64,000 bases of DNA from Botryllus schlosseri (taxonomy: Eukaryota). Location of the stretch: positions 8,558,001 to 8,622,000 of the forward strand of contig CM119371.1 in NCBI GenBank assembly GCA_051294905.1, in the 5' to 3' direction. Made by a program: the position numbers and the translations under genes. A model generated the notes under the pieces. The model was not told where the DNA came from. It made no database searches and saw only the letters and a program-made list of their open reading frames with translations. Shown piece by piece: positions 26,400 to 38,856 of this stretch. Every line of letters starts with the position of its first letter. Position 1 is the first letter of the stretch.

Positions 26400-27647
26400 C
26401 AGGGGTTCTCAACTTCCCTCGTATAACGGGCCGCATTTTCATACTAAAAGACGCCGCGGGCCGCAGAACTTTATCACCATGTATTTGTGAACCACTATTA
26501 AATTTAGGCTACTGTAGCCTATTTACCAGTCTTATACGGGAATTTACTACATTTTCATGCATTCTAAGGCAATAATGGAGAGCGTTCGTAAGTTTGCAGT
26601 TGCTGTTTTGTGTAAGGATATCTATCTTCAAGTGTTTCAAGTAGTCTAAATTCCTTCATGGAGCGTACATTCTATTCGTTGCCATGTTGGTATGTGTACC
26701 CTTCAAACCCTTCCACCAGAGAACCGAACTCGCTGTTTCAATGCGTGAGAGAGAGCAAGTATAAAATTACGGTGACATTTTCGTTGCAGAGGTCATTATC
26801 ACTTTTAGCTCTCAGTGCTATAACAAGTCAGACGTTCGGGGACATTTCTGAGCAAACCAATCAACTCTACCTCTTTCCTTCCATGACTGGACCCTTACAC
26901 CAATAGTTACAGAAGTCAGCTTTGTCAAATTGATGTTTTTCACTGGTCCCCTTTTCACGTTTGCCCCGTCAGCATTTCCTCTGGAAATATGTCCACTCTG
27001 ATAAAACGCACCTGGATAATTAGCTATGCAATGTGTCATGTGTGTGCACTGTGCAGTGTGCATTGTGTGCAGTCGATGGATTCGTCCAATGCTAGGCCAA
27101 AGTAGTCTATGCGTGTCAACGTCTTTCAAAACATGCGATAAAAGATCGACTGAGATAGCTGTTAGGCCTACTCTTCTGGTGACTGTTGAGTGCTGAATCA
27201 GACAACTGTAGCCTCGAAATTTGTCAGGTGATATTGAACTTGCTGCTAAGTTCCGGAAACAGCGAATATTCGCACAGTACGTTAAATTTTTATTGAAGTC
27301 ACACATTCTCTAGCAGACTCTTCGGTTTATCGATATTCCAAGCAATTTTGAACAATGCGTCTGTCACGTCGTCGGCAATTTTAAAAATGCCTCGAAATAA
27401 TATGGGTTGCTGGGCTTGACACCAAGCTAGCAACGTTTTCTCTAAGATCAGGCGGTATGTATAACTCCAGACGAAACTGTCGTGCTACCATTTGAAGCTT
27501 CTAGGCTTTGTTACAACAACTGTTCTTCGACAAATGTGACACATCGGTCTTCCATAACGATACTGTAGCAGTAGTTATTGCGTTCATATTGAAAGATGTC
27601 GCGTGCCGCAAAAGAATCGTCTGCGGGCCGCGGGTTGAGAACCCCTG
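26400..27647 (-). mobile_element. Degraded hAT element with transposase remnants (GTF2IRD2/SPIN/Charlie-like)
   Basis: TIR CAGGGGTTCTCAAC; TSD GTGTATCC/GTGTATTC. Minus-strand remnants are CHIC (BED-like), STVTRRV and a frameshifted ALDESID (catalytic DE-S-x-D region). Confidence 0.8.
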
Positions 27648-28877
27648 GTGTATTCGATCATATCAATTTGCTTCAACTACTGAGATATCATATTTCGTCA
27701 TCTATTCGGCGGACAGTTACTGATGTGGACTAGTAGTTCTACGCATACGTGATCCATAAAATGTCCAGTTTATTGTATGAAAGTACCTTGATATTCGTTA
27801 ACCGATCCATAATTCATTGTAAATCAATCTGAACTCAAGCCATCTCGCAAAATGAAATGGCTTGAATCATGTCCTGAATTTAAAAAATTTGACAGGACTT
27901 CGACTTGACTAGTGACTTGACTTGACCCGAGCCACCTCAAAAAATCGAGTGACTTGAGTTGACTCGAGTCAGAATGTGCAATGAATCAAATTGACGTGAC
28001 TCGAAGTGATTGATCCCAGCACTGGACAAATCACCTTGCTCATTTCACACTACCAACAGACGTACTATGACTGCGATATGCCGCACGAAAAGACCTGGAA
28101 TATACTGGAAATCGCGATACGACTAATACGAGGTTATCCACAATATGAAGGAATCGAGAACGAATAATCGTGCATACTGAGCGGTTTAGCGAGTCAGCTT
28201 GTCGCTAGCTTCTCATCAAAGGAGACGGCTTGAACTTCAAGTTGAATAGAACATGTTTTCAGGACCAATGTTACCTCAACGAAGTTCTGAAAATTTTGTT
28301 TCATCAATTGACAATCCTTCAGAATTTTGCAACTTGAAATTAGGGTATAAAGTCTTAAAATATGTGGAGGACCGGTGCTGGTATACGGACCGGCGGCTGA
28401 GAACCATTGCTCTACTTGGATAATTTTGTATTGCTTGAAATACACCTCAAAGTCTGAAAATTGGCATTGTCCTAAACAATCGCAGCGACGCAGCTCAATG
28501 ACCATAACAACGGCCCTTGCGTGGTTGCGATTGTTCAGAACAATGCCGATTTTCAGACTTTGAGGTGTATTTCAAGGGGCGGCTCCATTGCCCTGATTAG
28601 ATTTTAATGTATATTTTCGGAATTAGTGCGACAGTAGCTTTCAAATAAGATCAACTTTATTGAATTTAAGCGCGCGGGTCGTCAGCTATGGGATTGCCAA
28701 TGATGGTGAGTTCAGATTGCTGAGCAGTAATAACCTCCGGGCAAGCAAGCGTGACAAAGGGTGTTGCGTATCTATCCGTACGTTAGTTATCTATAATGGT
28801 TCTGACGAGGTAGAATGGACACTTGGTGGACACATGAAAGCATGCTGCCTTCTAGTCTAAACAAGTGTCGTGAGGAA

Positions 28878-29389
28878 TAGGGCTGGGCACAATATTTCGA
28901 GTACTCGAATCTGAATCTAGTGTATATTATATTTTAATGATTCGAGTCGAGTAGTGAAAGGCGATCTTTTTGGAATGCTGAAATTATACGCTCCTCGTTA
29001 CTGAAGCTGAATTTAACACCGAGAATTATACTCATTTTCATTGTTGAAGCCTTGAAAGTTTGAATATCCGCATCGTAGTATACGAAAATGTAGTACAAAG
29101 CTACGAAGGTTACTGGAAACAGGTCATTTCCGAAGTCATGATCATCCCACAACATTGTCAAGAAGTGCAATGAAATAAGAATTGTCGAAAAATTACCCCA
29201 AGGCATCTTCAATGTGATGGATAACAGGTATTATATTCTTTGTGGTGGCATAAAGGGTACATATTTGAACTATGAAATGTTACATATTGTTATGACCTCA
29301 TAATGACCGATACTCGATTACTAGACTCGAAGCATAATACGTTATTTAGAAACGAATCACTCCGGTATAGTCGATGTTTCCCAGCCCTA
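28878..29389. mobile_element. hAT MITE family F copy 1
   Basis: TIR TAGGGCTGGG; TSD GTGAGGAA/GTGAGGAC; TCGAGTA/CTCGA motifs. Confidence 0.85.
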
Positions 29390-29483
29390 GTGAGGACGTA
29401 TAATAAACCTTTCTGAAAACGACTGTTGAATCTCTGTACCCTTTACATCTCCAGTATCAGAAGGTCTTTCACAGATACAGTAA

Positions 29484-29848
29484 TATAATCTATGTTTACA
29501 AAATTCCCTTATTTGGTATATTCAATTTTATTTTTAGTGGTTTTGTTAAAAATAAACACGCATATGCAGAATTGACAGTCGTTAGCAGCCACGTTGAAAT
29601 ATTCACCCGACATAAAAACAACAGAGGTTAGAAAACGATACCGTCGGAGCAGTCAAAGCCTGTTTTTCCTCTTCAAATAGATTGCAGCGGCACTTTCTCG
29701 TTTCCATGCTCTTATTTAATAGCTGCATATTCCAGAACAAAAAGGCTACTGCTGATAGGCCTAAAATTATGACCTTGGATTGAATATTCGTTAATCGACG
29801 CTAAGGTATAGTGCCGTTACGACATCAGGAGAAACAACATTACCCATT
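29484..29848 (+). repeat. ~365-bp direct duplication, copy 1 (copy 2 at 33141-33504)
   Basis: Collinear and highly similar by eye; no TIR or TSD found. Confidence 0.9.
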
Positions 29849-31003
29849 ACCCAGTAAGGTTGGATATTTAGGTATCTACCTATCTTTTAGTGAGTCAATC
29901 TGGCAAGACAATAACTAATATGATATTCGTAATCAGCAACCTCGAATCTATCATTGATACATATACACAATAGTCAAAATCCGCCCGACATCATTCATAA
30001 CAATCACATGGAATATAAATTTAATTACATTTGACCTTGGTTACCCAAGAATTTATATGCGGATGACAAGAACGACTACGTTAAGAAGGTTCTGGAGTAT
30101 AATCCCGATTCAACAACACATCAGCTATTAAGACATGGTGATGGGTAGCGTTATTTGACATCCTTTTCAGTTTTCCGTGTGGCGGTAATAACTCTGTTAA
30201 CAGCAGCCAGAAGGTCATGTAAATGTAAATCTCTTTCTATTCTTTCGACACGAAGAAGCTCAGTCTCCATTCGAAGCTTTTTAATCCGCAGTAACAATAT
30301 CGTCATCGTGACATCTTCATCCCTTAGTGTATTGTCGTGTCGAGTAGGAGGGCTGGATCCACATGGTGGTGTAAGTGACAGGTCTGTATAGGTCAAGGTA
30401 AGATAAGTAGGTGGATAGTTATTTACCCTGAATCAGTATTTAAGAATACATGATGAAAACGTAAGCATACTACTCTACATACGGAGTCAACCTAGTTTTG
30501 TGGGGCGGGAGATCCCTATACGGTTGTGCGGAACAGGATCGACAAAATTTACGGTCCTACTCCCATCCTCTGTTTCTAAGCTCTGGTCCGACTCCGGTCT
30601 GACTCTTAGGTCGGATTCCTGAAATGAATGGGATCCGGTCCTAACAATCTCCGATAATACTTGTCTACTCACAGGATAGTATTGATACTGATTGAAACAA
30701 TGCAAACAGGACATCAAAATCTCACAGAGCGAACCCAACCCTTTTCTGAAGTAATTATACCAACTTGTACTTAGAATGTGGTTTATTTCCATGAACGTTT
30801 CTCTTAAGTATTGATATTTTTGTGGTGGAGAGGTTAAGGCAGTCATATTATTAGTATAAAGTATTGATCCGGCTCCTATACGACTGCGGCCGTAACAGAA
30901 AAAAGTAGCCTACTAATCCGGCTCCGAACCAGATCCGGCCAAGAATTCGAAAATTCAGCCGGTTATCCTACCCGGCCGCGGTCCGTGCTTCGTCATACTA
31001 TAC

Positions 31004-32183
31004 CAGGGGTGGGCAAACTTTTGAGCTCGCGGGTCGCATTCAACATCTGAATCCATTCGCGGGTCGCACTATATAAAATTGGGATTATAAACCAAAACAC
31101 AATATCGGAATTTCAGTATATAGTGAAGACATGGAGATAATATATATGCTTATTTAAAACACGCCAAACATTGTTGTGGTGATATCGTACGCGCGTCGGA
31201 AACTGTGGCGGGATTTCATAGACTGGTCGACCTCCACAACCAATTTGTGAAAACTATAGGGATGAATGTCGGACAGTCGATTCTAAGAACAGGATTGGAA
31301 TTTAAATTTGTGAGCAGCGCTCTGTTCATAGATTTACCAATTCCACTTTTGGTTCAGTTCCAGAACATACAATGCTGACAGCATCATAAAAATGTTAGTT
31401 TCAAACACGCTTCTACTATGTGTAGATGATATATAAATACCCTAATTTTACTCATATAGAGAACGAATCTACCTTAAGACACGCACGAATCGTTTTTATA
31501 AGCACATCACTGAAATATTCAAAATGGCAGCGGCCAATCTGAAATCATACTCGTGATCCGAATTATGTCGTATGGTATTTTTGTGATGTTCAGCTATTCA
31601 AACAGCGCGGGCCTTGAGATCGGGCTGTCGCGCCAGAAGGTAAATCATAACAAAAAGTTAATATAGGAAGTATTTACCTCAGAACAGTGGCTCTCAAATT
31701 TTTTAAGACACGTCCTGCTTCCTCATGACGGTGAAAGATTTCGCGACCCCTTATCGTCATATCACTAAACGCAACCAGGATGCTAGCAAACCTAGCAAAC
31801 CTGACGAATAGTTTGTTAGCATGGAAGGTTACGAGTGTGGAGTGTGGATGAGAGATTTTTAAATAGGAAATTCAGACGAAATACAGAGCAATAGTTATGG
31901 ATCGGGTGTGAATCGCGCTAAGCGAGAAAAAAATTTCAGTTGAGCTCAGCTTCGCGCCCCCCCTTAAGATGCTTTCACCGCCCCAAGGGGTCGTGACCCC
32001 AGTTTGAGAGCCATGGTGAGAATTATCATGGTACATATACTGAGAAAAATTTTGATCAAGTCGCTGCAATAATTCGATTTTTAGTACGTATTTTATCAAT
32101 ATTTTTAAGAAGTGTCTTTAGACTCTCGCGGGCCGCACAGAAAGGTGTTGTGTGGCCCGCGGGCCGTAGTTTGCCCACCCCTG
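31004..32183. mobile_element. hAT family E copy 2
   Basis: TIR CAGGGGTGGGCAAACT; perfect TSD TACTATAC at 30996-31003 and 32184-32191. Confidence 0.92.
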
Positions 32184-33140
32184 TACTATACGGACGCATA
32201 CGGACATTGAAAATCGATGTTTTGAAAGTTGCCATTTGAATATACTTCGATGGCACCGGTTGTATTTTGTATATGAGTCACAGATCAACAGGAAATTGAA
32301 GGTAAGAATGTAAGTCGTACAAGTTAATTGTACGCACATACTGGCAGAAAGCTCACACATACATGCAACATTGCATCAACTACGACGACGTGAGAAAAGC
32401 TCATTGTTCAGACAAGAACAAGCAAACGTAATTCTACGCGAAAAGCGGCAGAAATAGTTACGAAGACATTCCAAGTGAACACGGTCCAGCACCACATGTC
32501 CCCACGGGTCCATAACTGGGGCGTTGTATTGAAATTCAACCGTTGCATTTGAATTTATTTATAGTTGGTTCAATAACGACAATACGTCGTGAGGTGGCGG
32601 TAAAAAAACGTCTTCGTTGTCTGTGGTCTTATGTTTGCAGGGCGGATTGTCGTGTGTCAAGTCGAGGTGGTATACGCAAGGTCGGGTCGATTGAAGGAAA
32701 GATGTACGCAGCAAAGTATACAGCATCGTTCTGGAGTCAGATTACACTGGTCAACAATTTTGAAGGAAAAATTTGTTGACTTTGATTTTGCAATTGATTT
32801 AGGCTAATTTTGGCGTGCTGATTCCAAAAATGCCGTTGGTTTTCTTCCATCATATATATATAATATATATGCGATTTGAGCTAAAGGCAGCTCGGGTCGC
32901 GCGAGGCCTGCATGTCTAATCAGTGCGCTAAATCCGAAAAATTAAACTCTCTCTCACGGATTCCAAAGTATTTTGATTAATACCGAAAACTCAGATTTTG
33001 CGGGCAAGTATCATAGACCTACTAATAGATGGAATGATCTCTCCAGAAATTGTTCAAATACTTATTGCTTTACACAATTGCGTTGTCGCTTCAAACAAAC
33101 TCCTTTCAGTTGTTGTTGAAATTTTTATCGAACACTTTTA

Positions 33141-33504
33141 TATAATCTATGTTTACAAAATTCCCTTTTTTGTTATATTCAATTTTATTTTTAGTAGTTT
33201 TGATAAAAATAAACACACATATGCAGAATTGGCAGTCGTTAGCAGCCACGTTGAAATATTCACCCGACATAACAACAACAGAGGTTAGGAAACGATACCT
33301 TCGGAGCAGTCAAAGCCTATTTTTTCCTCTTCAAATAGATTGCGGCGGCACTTTTTCGTTTCCATACTCTTATTCAACAGCTGAATATCCCAGAACAAAA
33401 AGGCTGCTGCTGATAGGCTTAAAATTATGACCTTGGAATGAATATTCGTTAATCGACGTAAAGGTAGTGCCGTTACGACATCAGAAGAAACAACATTACC
33501 CATT
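33141..33504 (+). repeat. ~365-bp direct duplication, copy 2
   Basis: Matches 29484-29848. Confidence 0.9.
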
Positions 33505-33972
33505 CATCTGCGCATAGGCGCGTGAAATATCGCTAACGAATCTCTTGGCAGTCCCATACAAACTACGGAATTTTCAAAATGCGCCACAAGAACTATACTA
33601 GAATTACTCACTTTTTATAACTAACTAGATTCCCTTCCGAAGCCACAATAATAGGAATTGGTGAATTGGTAATTAGTAGGGCAAGTTTTTGTTGCACTGA
33701 AATCACGAGAAAGATGCATTTAATTTTCACAAAAGTTGCAGTAAAAAGTTACATTTATAATTTTTTTTGAAATAATAGGGTTTGAGATATTCGAAAGATT
33801 CCTCTGTATAACCTAGTTCCTGAAGACCAGTCAAATTTGTTACTTTATGGCCATTTAACGCACGGTCTGGCGAAACCGCCAAAAATTACATTTTCTGCGG
33901 CACATAGCAAGAAAATTACGCAATGCTGGAATAGCTTTCAATACAACATCCATTGTAGTAAAATATTTATTC

Positions 33973-34017
33973 AACTCGAAGACTTTTCGGGTGCCTCTTT
34001 TCAAGAGTTAACGGCAC
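33973..34017 (-). ncRNA. Minimal type I hammerhead ribozyme variant (U3-A8 core)
   Basis: Exact reverse complement of the motif at 34776-34820. Confidence 0.75.
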
Positions 34018-34199
34018 ACTAAAGGGATTTAAACAGAATGAAAAGCAAAACCAAAAAGGCGAAGTATGACGCGACAATCAGAAATTACATACCATGAAGT
34101 CCGCAATGTAACGATAGCAACAATAACAAACTTGAAGAGTACGATACTAGTAACATAGCATTTTTAAACCAAACAATAACAAACACGAATTAGAACGCA

Positions 34200-34727
34200 C
34201 TAATGGGAAATTTGTAAGATATACAGAAAATATTTTTGCCTACATAAAATAGGCTTGGTCAATTGGATGATTGTTGATTCTAGGGCTTTCCAATGAAACA
34301 AGGATCTGCCTCGCGCAATGACTGTAAACATTTGGTCATTATAGTTTTGAGCACAAGAAGGGTTCTCACTTAAATGTTGGCCAATTGCCGAAGCGTATGC
34401 TTGGTAATCGTCGTAACAGTCGGTTTTGGCGGCTGATTTGCATTGTCGTGCGAACTTCGTACGGTCATTTGCGCAAGTTTTTGAGCGAATCAATTTGGGA
34501 ATGTGTTGCGTTATCCGTTCAAACAATCTTTGTGATGTACGTCCCACATACCTACTATCACAGTGGCACTTAAATTCGTAGACGACGTTACTTGCATTTA
34601 AAGCAGGAAGTACATCCTTTCGGAAGTTTGGCAGAAGTGGTTTGGTTGGATACACCACATGCGCATTTACACTATAATAACAACGGTGCACGGCCGATTT
34701 GATCAACTTTTTAAACCGATTCGACAC
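34200..34727 (-). pseudogene. GIY-YIG endonuclease domain of a Penelope-like element (truncated ORF)
   Basis: SNVVYEFKCHCDSRYVGRTSQRLFERITQH...SAIGQHL...LESTIIQLTKPILCRQ, i.e. the VY..C.C..YVG.T.R..R..H...H...E signature. Confidence 0.92.
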
Positions 34728-34775
34728 ATTGCCTAGCCATTGCCTAGCTTTTCATTCTGTTTAAATCCCTTTAGT

Positions 34776-34820
34776 GTGCCGTTAACTCTTGAAAAGAGGC
34801 ACCCGAAAAGTCTTCGAGTT
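34776..34820 (+). ncRNA. Minimal type I hammerhead ribozyme variant (U3-A8 core)
   Basis: GTGCC-gtt-AACTC-TTGAAAA-G-AGGCACC-C-GAAA-AGTCT-TC^GAGTT: stem I AACTC/GAGTT, pseudoknot GTGCC/GGCAC, quasi-palindromic helix III AAGTCTT. Confidence 0.75.
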
Positions 34821-34940
34821 GAATAAATATTTTACTACAGTGGATGTTGTATTGAAAGCTATCTTCAAGTTCTGTACCACAAACCAACTGTTCAATGCCG
34901 GAATTATTTCCAAAAAAAAGCCAAATAACATAGCTATAAC

Positions 34941-35489
34941 TAGGGCTGGGCAAAACCAAGTACCTGAGTGATTCGATTCTGAATCACGTAAAACGCTTCG
35001 AGTCGAGTCGAGTATTCCAGTATCACTCATTATGACGTCACAACAGAATATAATATGTCAAAGTTCAAATATGTACCTTTTATGCCGCCACAAAGAATAT
35101 AATGACTGTTATCTAGGCTTACCATATTTCGGAAACGAAAAAAGAGGACACTTTTTCAGAAATTTCAGACATGCAAAACTGGAGAAGAATTCTCGAAAAC
35201 CGGTAAATTTCTCCCACTTCATGATCGGTTGACTAAAAAAAAAAGGTCATCACTTCCGCTCAGAGCTCAAAATCACGTTTTTCACTCCACATTGCTAGGT
35301 GGATGGTTTCAAAGCTTCCTTAGTGGAAAATGGTATCAAAACTATAATTCTCGATAGTAAATTAACTTTTAGTTGCGAGGAGCGCATAATTTCAGTACTG
35401 GAAGAACTCATTTTTTACTACTCGACTCGAATCATCACAATTAATACTCGATTCAGATTCGAGTACTTGAATCATTGTGCCCAGCCCTA
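34941..35489. mobile_element. hAT MITE family F copy 2
   Basis: TIR TAGGGCTGGGCA; perfect TSD GCTATAAC. Confidence 0.9.
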
Positions 35490-37244
35490 GCTATAACCCC
35501 CTCTCCATAAAATAAGTCGAATAACACACCCCAAACCCCTTAGGTCTGCAAACGTGACCCAAGGCATTACAAAAAAATTTACTCTCGGCGACTGTAACAA
35601 AAGCAATAGCCTGAAAAAGGTGACTCAGTGAAAATGTAATTTTCCGCGGTCTCGACTGTCCCTCGTTAAATGGGAAACAATATTTCAAATTTAAACGACA
35701 GAATTAATGAAGCGAACTATTAAGATTTTGTTCGGGCAAGGTCGTGCTTGGCAGGGGTAGTTGGACTTCTTGTTTGAAAGCCATTCTGTCATAGATAACA
35801 GTGAGATGCAGCTAACCCATCATATCGCTATTTGTTATGCAAATCAAAGAGAGTAGAACCTTTTGATAAAAGTTGCAGTAAAAATTGGCATGACAAATAG
35901 AGAAAAGTTGCAAAAAGTTACACTATATTATAGTCCCTATGAACAGCTTGAAACATCATAGTTGGCCTACATAGATTTTGAGTATCTAGGAAGGTGTCGG
36001 CAGCTGTAAAAAAAGTTGCAAAAGTTTCAAAAACTAGAAATTAGCAAATAAATATTGGATATAAAATAGGCATTTCAAAATAGAGAGGATTCCAAACAGA
36101 AGGGGTTTCGATCACGTAAACCGGCACAATGGCTACGCCCCTGATGGTAATAATAACTCTGATCCAGCAATGGCTGCGAGAACATCACAATCAGAGAACC
36201 GGTATCACGAAAGACGCAAAACGACGATACGAGTGTACTTGTTGCTCGGCAACCATTTCTCCATGCGCAACTGAAACTATATCTAGAATTACCTAGTTTT
36301 CACAATCAGTAACTAGAACTAGAACCAAAATTATTCAAAAAAGCAGTAGTTAGTTCACCAGCAAACTAGCTAAATTGGTAGTTCGTAAAAGTATTTCTCC
36401 TGATCGAGCTACAGTATAACAAGAACGATTATTGCCTGCGTTTTCCTACTCTGATCATGGCCAAAAAAGCAGTTGCAACATAGATTAAGATGTTCGATGT
36501 CGGCTATGTCCAGAAGTCTAGCTAGACTCTCGCAAATATACTGAACACGGCAAGGGCGACATCCTTTTCATGACAAGGAATTTTCCACAGTCGTGAATTA
36601 TGTCCATAAAGCGGCGACTGAAAGCTTTGCAACTGCGGCGCGCTGCTAACAATGACACCCCGCCAAGATGATTTCTTTGCAAAGCGCTTGATGCGAATAC
36701 ACCGGAATCTCAATAGTATTGCTATAGATGGTATTCCGATTCTCTCGACGCAATGTAGTTTATTTCACTACATGCATGTACATTGTACAATGTGCATTTT
36801 GCATGCTGTGACGATGCGGTGCATCGTTATACAACGACTGACCCCTTATCAAACAATCGCAGTGGGCAACTTGATTATCGCCTACCTGCAACAATAGAAT
36901 CATTTGCATGATAAAAGCCTGACGGCGTGAAGACTTGTGTCATTCTGGGAAAAGATATCCGTTTTCATTGTATTTTTCCTAATTTAATGGAGACGCAATA
37001 GTTAGTGGCTGAACAAAAAACATTGATCGGCGGTTCTTAACTGGGTTTCGCCAAAACTCCAGCGGCTAATTAAGCCAGTCTTGGGGTTTCGCTGGAGGCC
37101 GAGACACAACCTTAACTCATGCATATAATTCGTGATAACACGCCAGCCCGCGGAAAGTTTCGGCGAGTCTACAACAGCGGTTCCCAACCTTTTTGTTTTC
37201 ATTCCCAACTTCAGATTTTTTTCCGAGCATTCATTCCACACTAT

Positions 37245-37763
37245 CAGTGTTCCCTCCAATTTAGTAAGAGTCTGCAGCGCACACTCCCAACTTACTGCGC
37301 AGACTCTTGGACAACAGTCCGCAACCACTAAAAAAAGGTCATTACTTCGGAATTTTTGTGCGCAACTTGGATTTTCTGTGCGCAGAGACCTTGTCAGCAC
37401 TGCGCATTTGCCCACGTGCGCAGCCTAGAGGGAACATTGCCCACTACCCAAAACTTTTGTCATCACGGAGCAGCTATTTGGTTGGTTGAGTACACACAAG
37501 ACACACATCCACGCCAGTACGCAAGATAATAGCCTACAACTGCATCATGAAACGTATTATGAACCGATACCGGTAACTATATAATGTCCCCTCTAATTTT
37601 TGCCGAGTCTGCGCCGACTCATCTAGGCCTACTCACTGCGCAGACCCTTGGACAACGGTGCGTAACGACTAAAAATAGGTCATAACTTGGGATTTGTTGT
37701 GCTTAACTTAGATCTTCTGTGCGCAGAGACCGATCGCGCGTGCGCAGCTTAGAGGGAACATTG
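37245..37763. mobile_element. Two neighbouring ~190-bp hAT MITEs (37245-37439 and 37578-37763)
   Basis: TIR CAGTGTTCCCTC / GAGGGAACATTG; TGCGCA motifs; TSD CCGGTAAC flanks the second copy. Confidence 0.75.
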
Positions 37764-38522
37764 CCGGTAACCCTCAAAATTTATCGAAAGCGTTGTTTCA
37801 CGTCATACTGGTCGTGCGGGATACGTTTGTTATTGCGTTGGTTATCCAGAGTTGAGATTTTGTGAAAAACACGCAATAAAATTTCCGATACATACATCCC
37901 AGAGCAGCTGACGGTAATCGCGCATGTCGCTCTGTAAATGTATAGACTGTCCCGTATAGAATGTTCAACAAATGTATCTATTCCCCATCAGAAACCATTG
38001 AATTCCCAACCGGTTGGAAACCAATTATCTACAATTTCATCATCATTTTAAGGCATCTCAACTATTCTGACTAGCGGCTCCCTATGACAATGAAAAATAG
38101 TTCGGGCCACACTAACTCGCACTGCCAATACCCAGAGTGGGGACTTGGGAAGTAGATGATTGTAATGATAGATATGACGGAAATAAGATTTTCTGAATGA
38201 TTGTGAGTAATACTGTATTGAACGAGTGACGCAAAAACTGTTGTTCTACTCGTGATGAACAGCGCTCTACTTTTTTCAAATCATTACCTCTATTATTTAG
38301 GTTGTCATTACAAATATGATGAAAATACGAACAGCAACGAAATAACGACACTTATGGCATTAGTAATTAGACTCGCCGTAATCGATCTGTTTAATAACTG
38401 GGCCAGACATATCTAATAGCTGTATGCCACACAGTAAGTCCAAAATCCTTCTGATAAAGCGCCCCTGCTGTGAGAAAAATAGCACAGCTCTTCTAGTTTA
38501 TATCGTGATCCTAATTTGGTGA

Positions 38523-38528
38523 TATAAA
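38523..38528 (+). promoter_or_regulatory. Candidate TATA box upstream of the CPEB-like ORF
   Basis: TATAAA about 330 bp upstream of the ATG; motif match only. Confidence 0.25.
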
Positions 38529-38856
38529 CAGCCGAAAGCCGCACATTGTTGAATCGTCTATCGCACGCTTTCCATCGTGTCTAGAAGTACAATGATCCGA
38601 TCGGTAATGGGTGCTTCGTGTTCAATAGTCGTAGCGGCTACAGAAAAGCTGTCGAACCAGCTTTTTTCGGAGTGTGTAACTCATTCTGTCGTTCATCATA
38701 TGGATGAATCATTGGAGGTAGGACATAAATCGCATAGAATGGATTATGCGTTATCTACTGAAGTTGTGGGTAGTGTCTTAACGTGGTTACACATTTACAG
38801 GACAGGCCTTTATACTTGCTGTTGCTGGAAGACAACGTTTTGGACGTCGCGTCGGC

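Larger units (their letters stand above)
33933..34892 (-). mobile_element. 5'-truncated Penelope-like retroelement with inverted pseudo-LTR
   Basis: GIY-YIG ORF end plus pLTR on the minus strand; inverted pLTR copy at ~34747-34892 on plus; 12-bp TSD CAATGC(T/C)GGAAT at 33921-33932 and 34893-34904. Confidence 0.9.
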
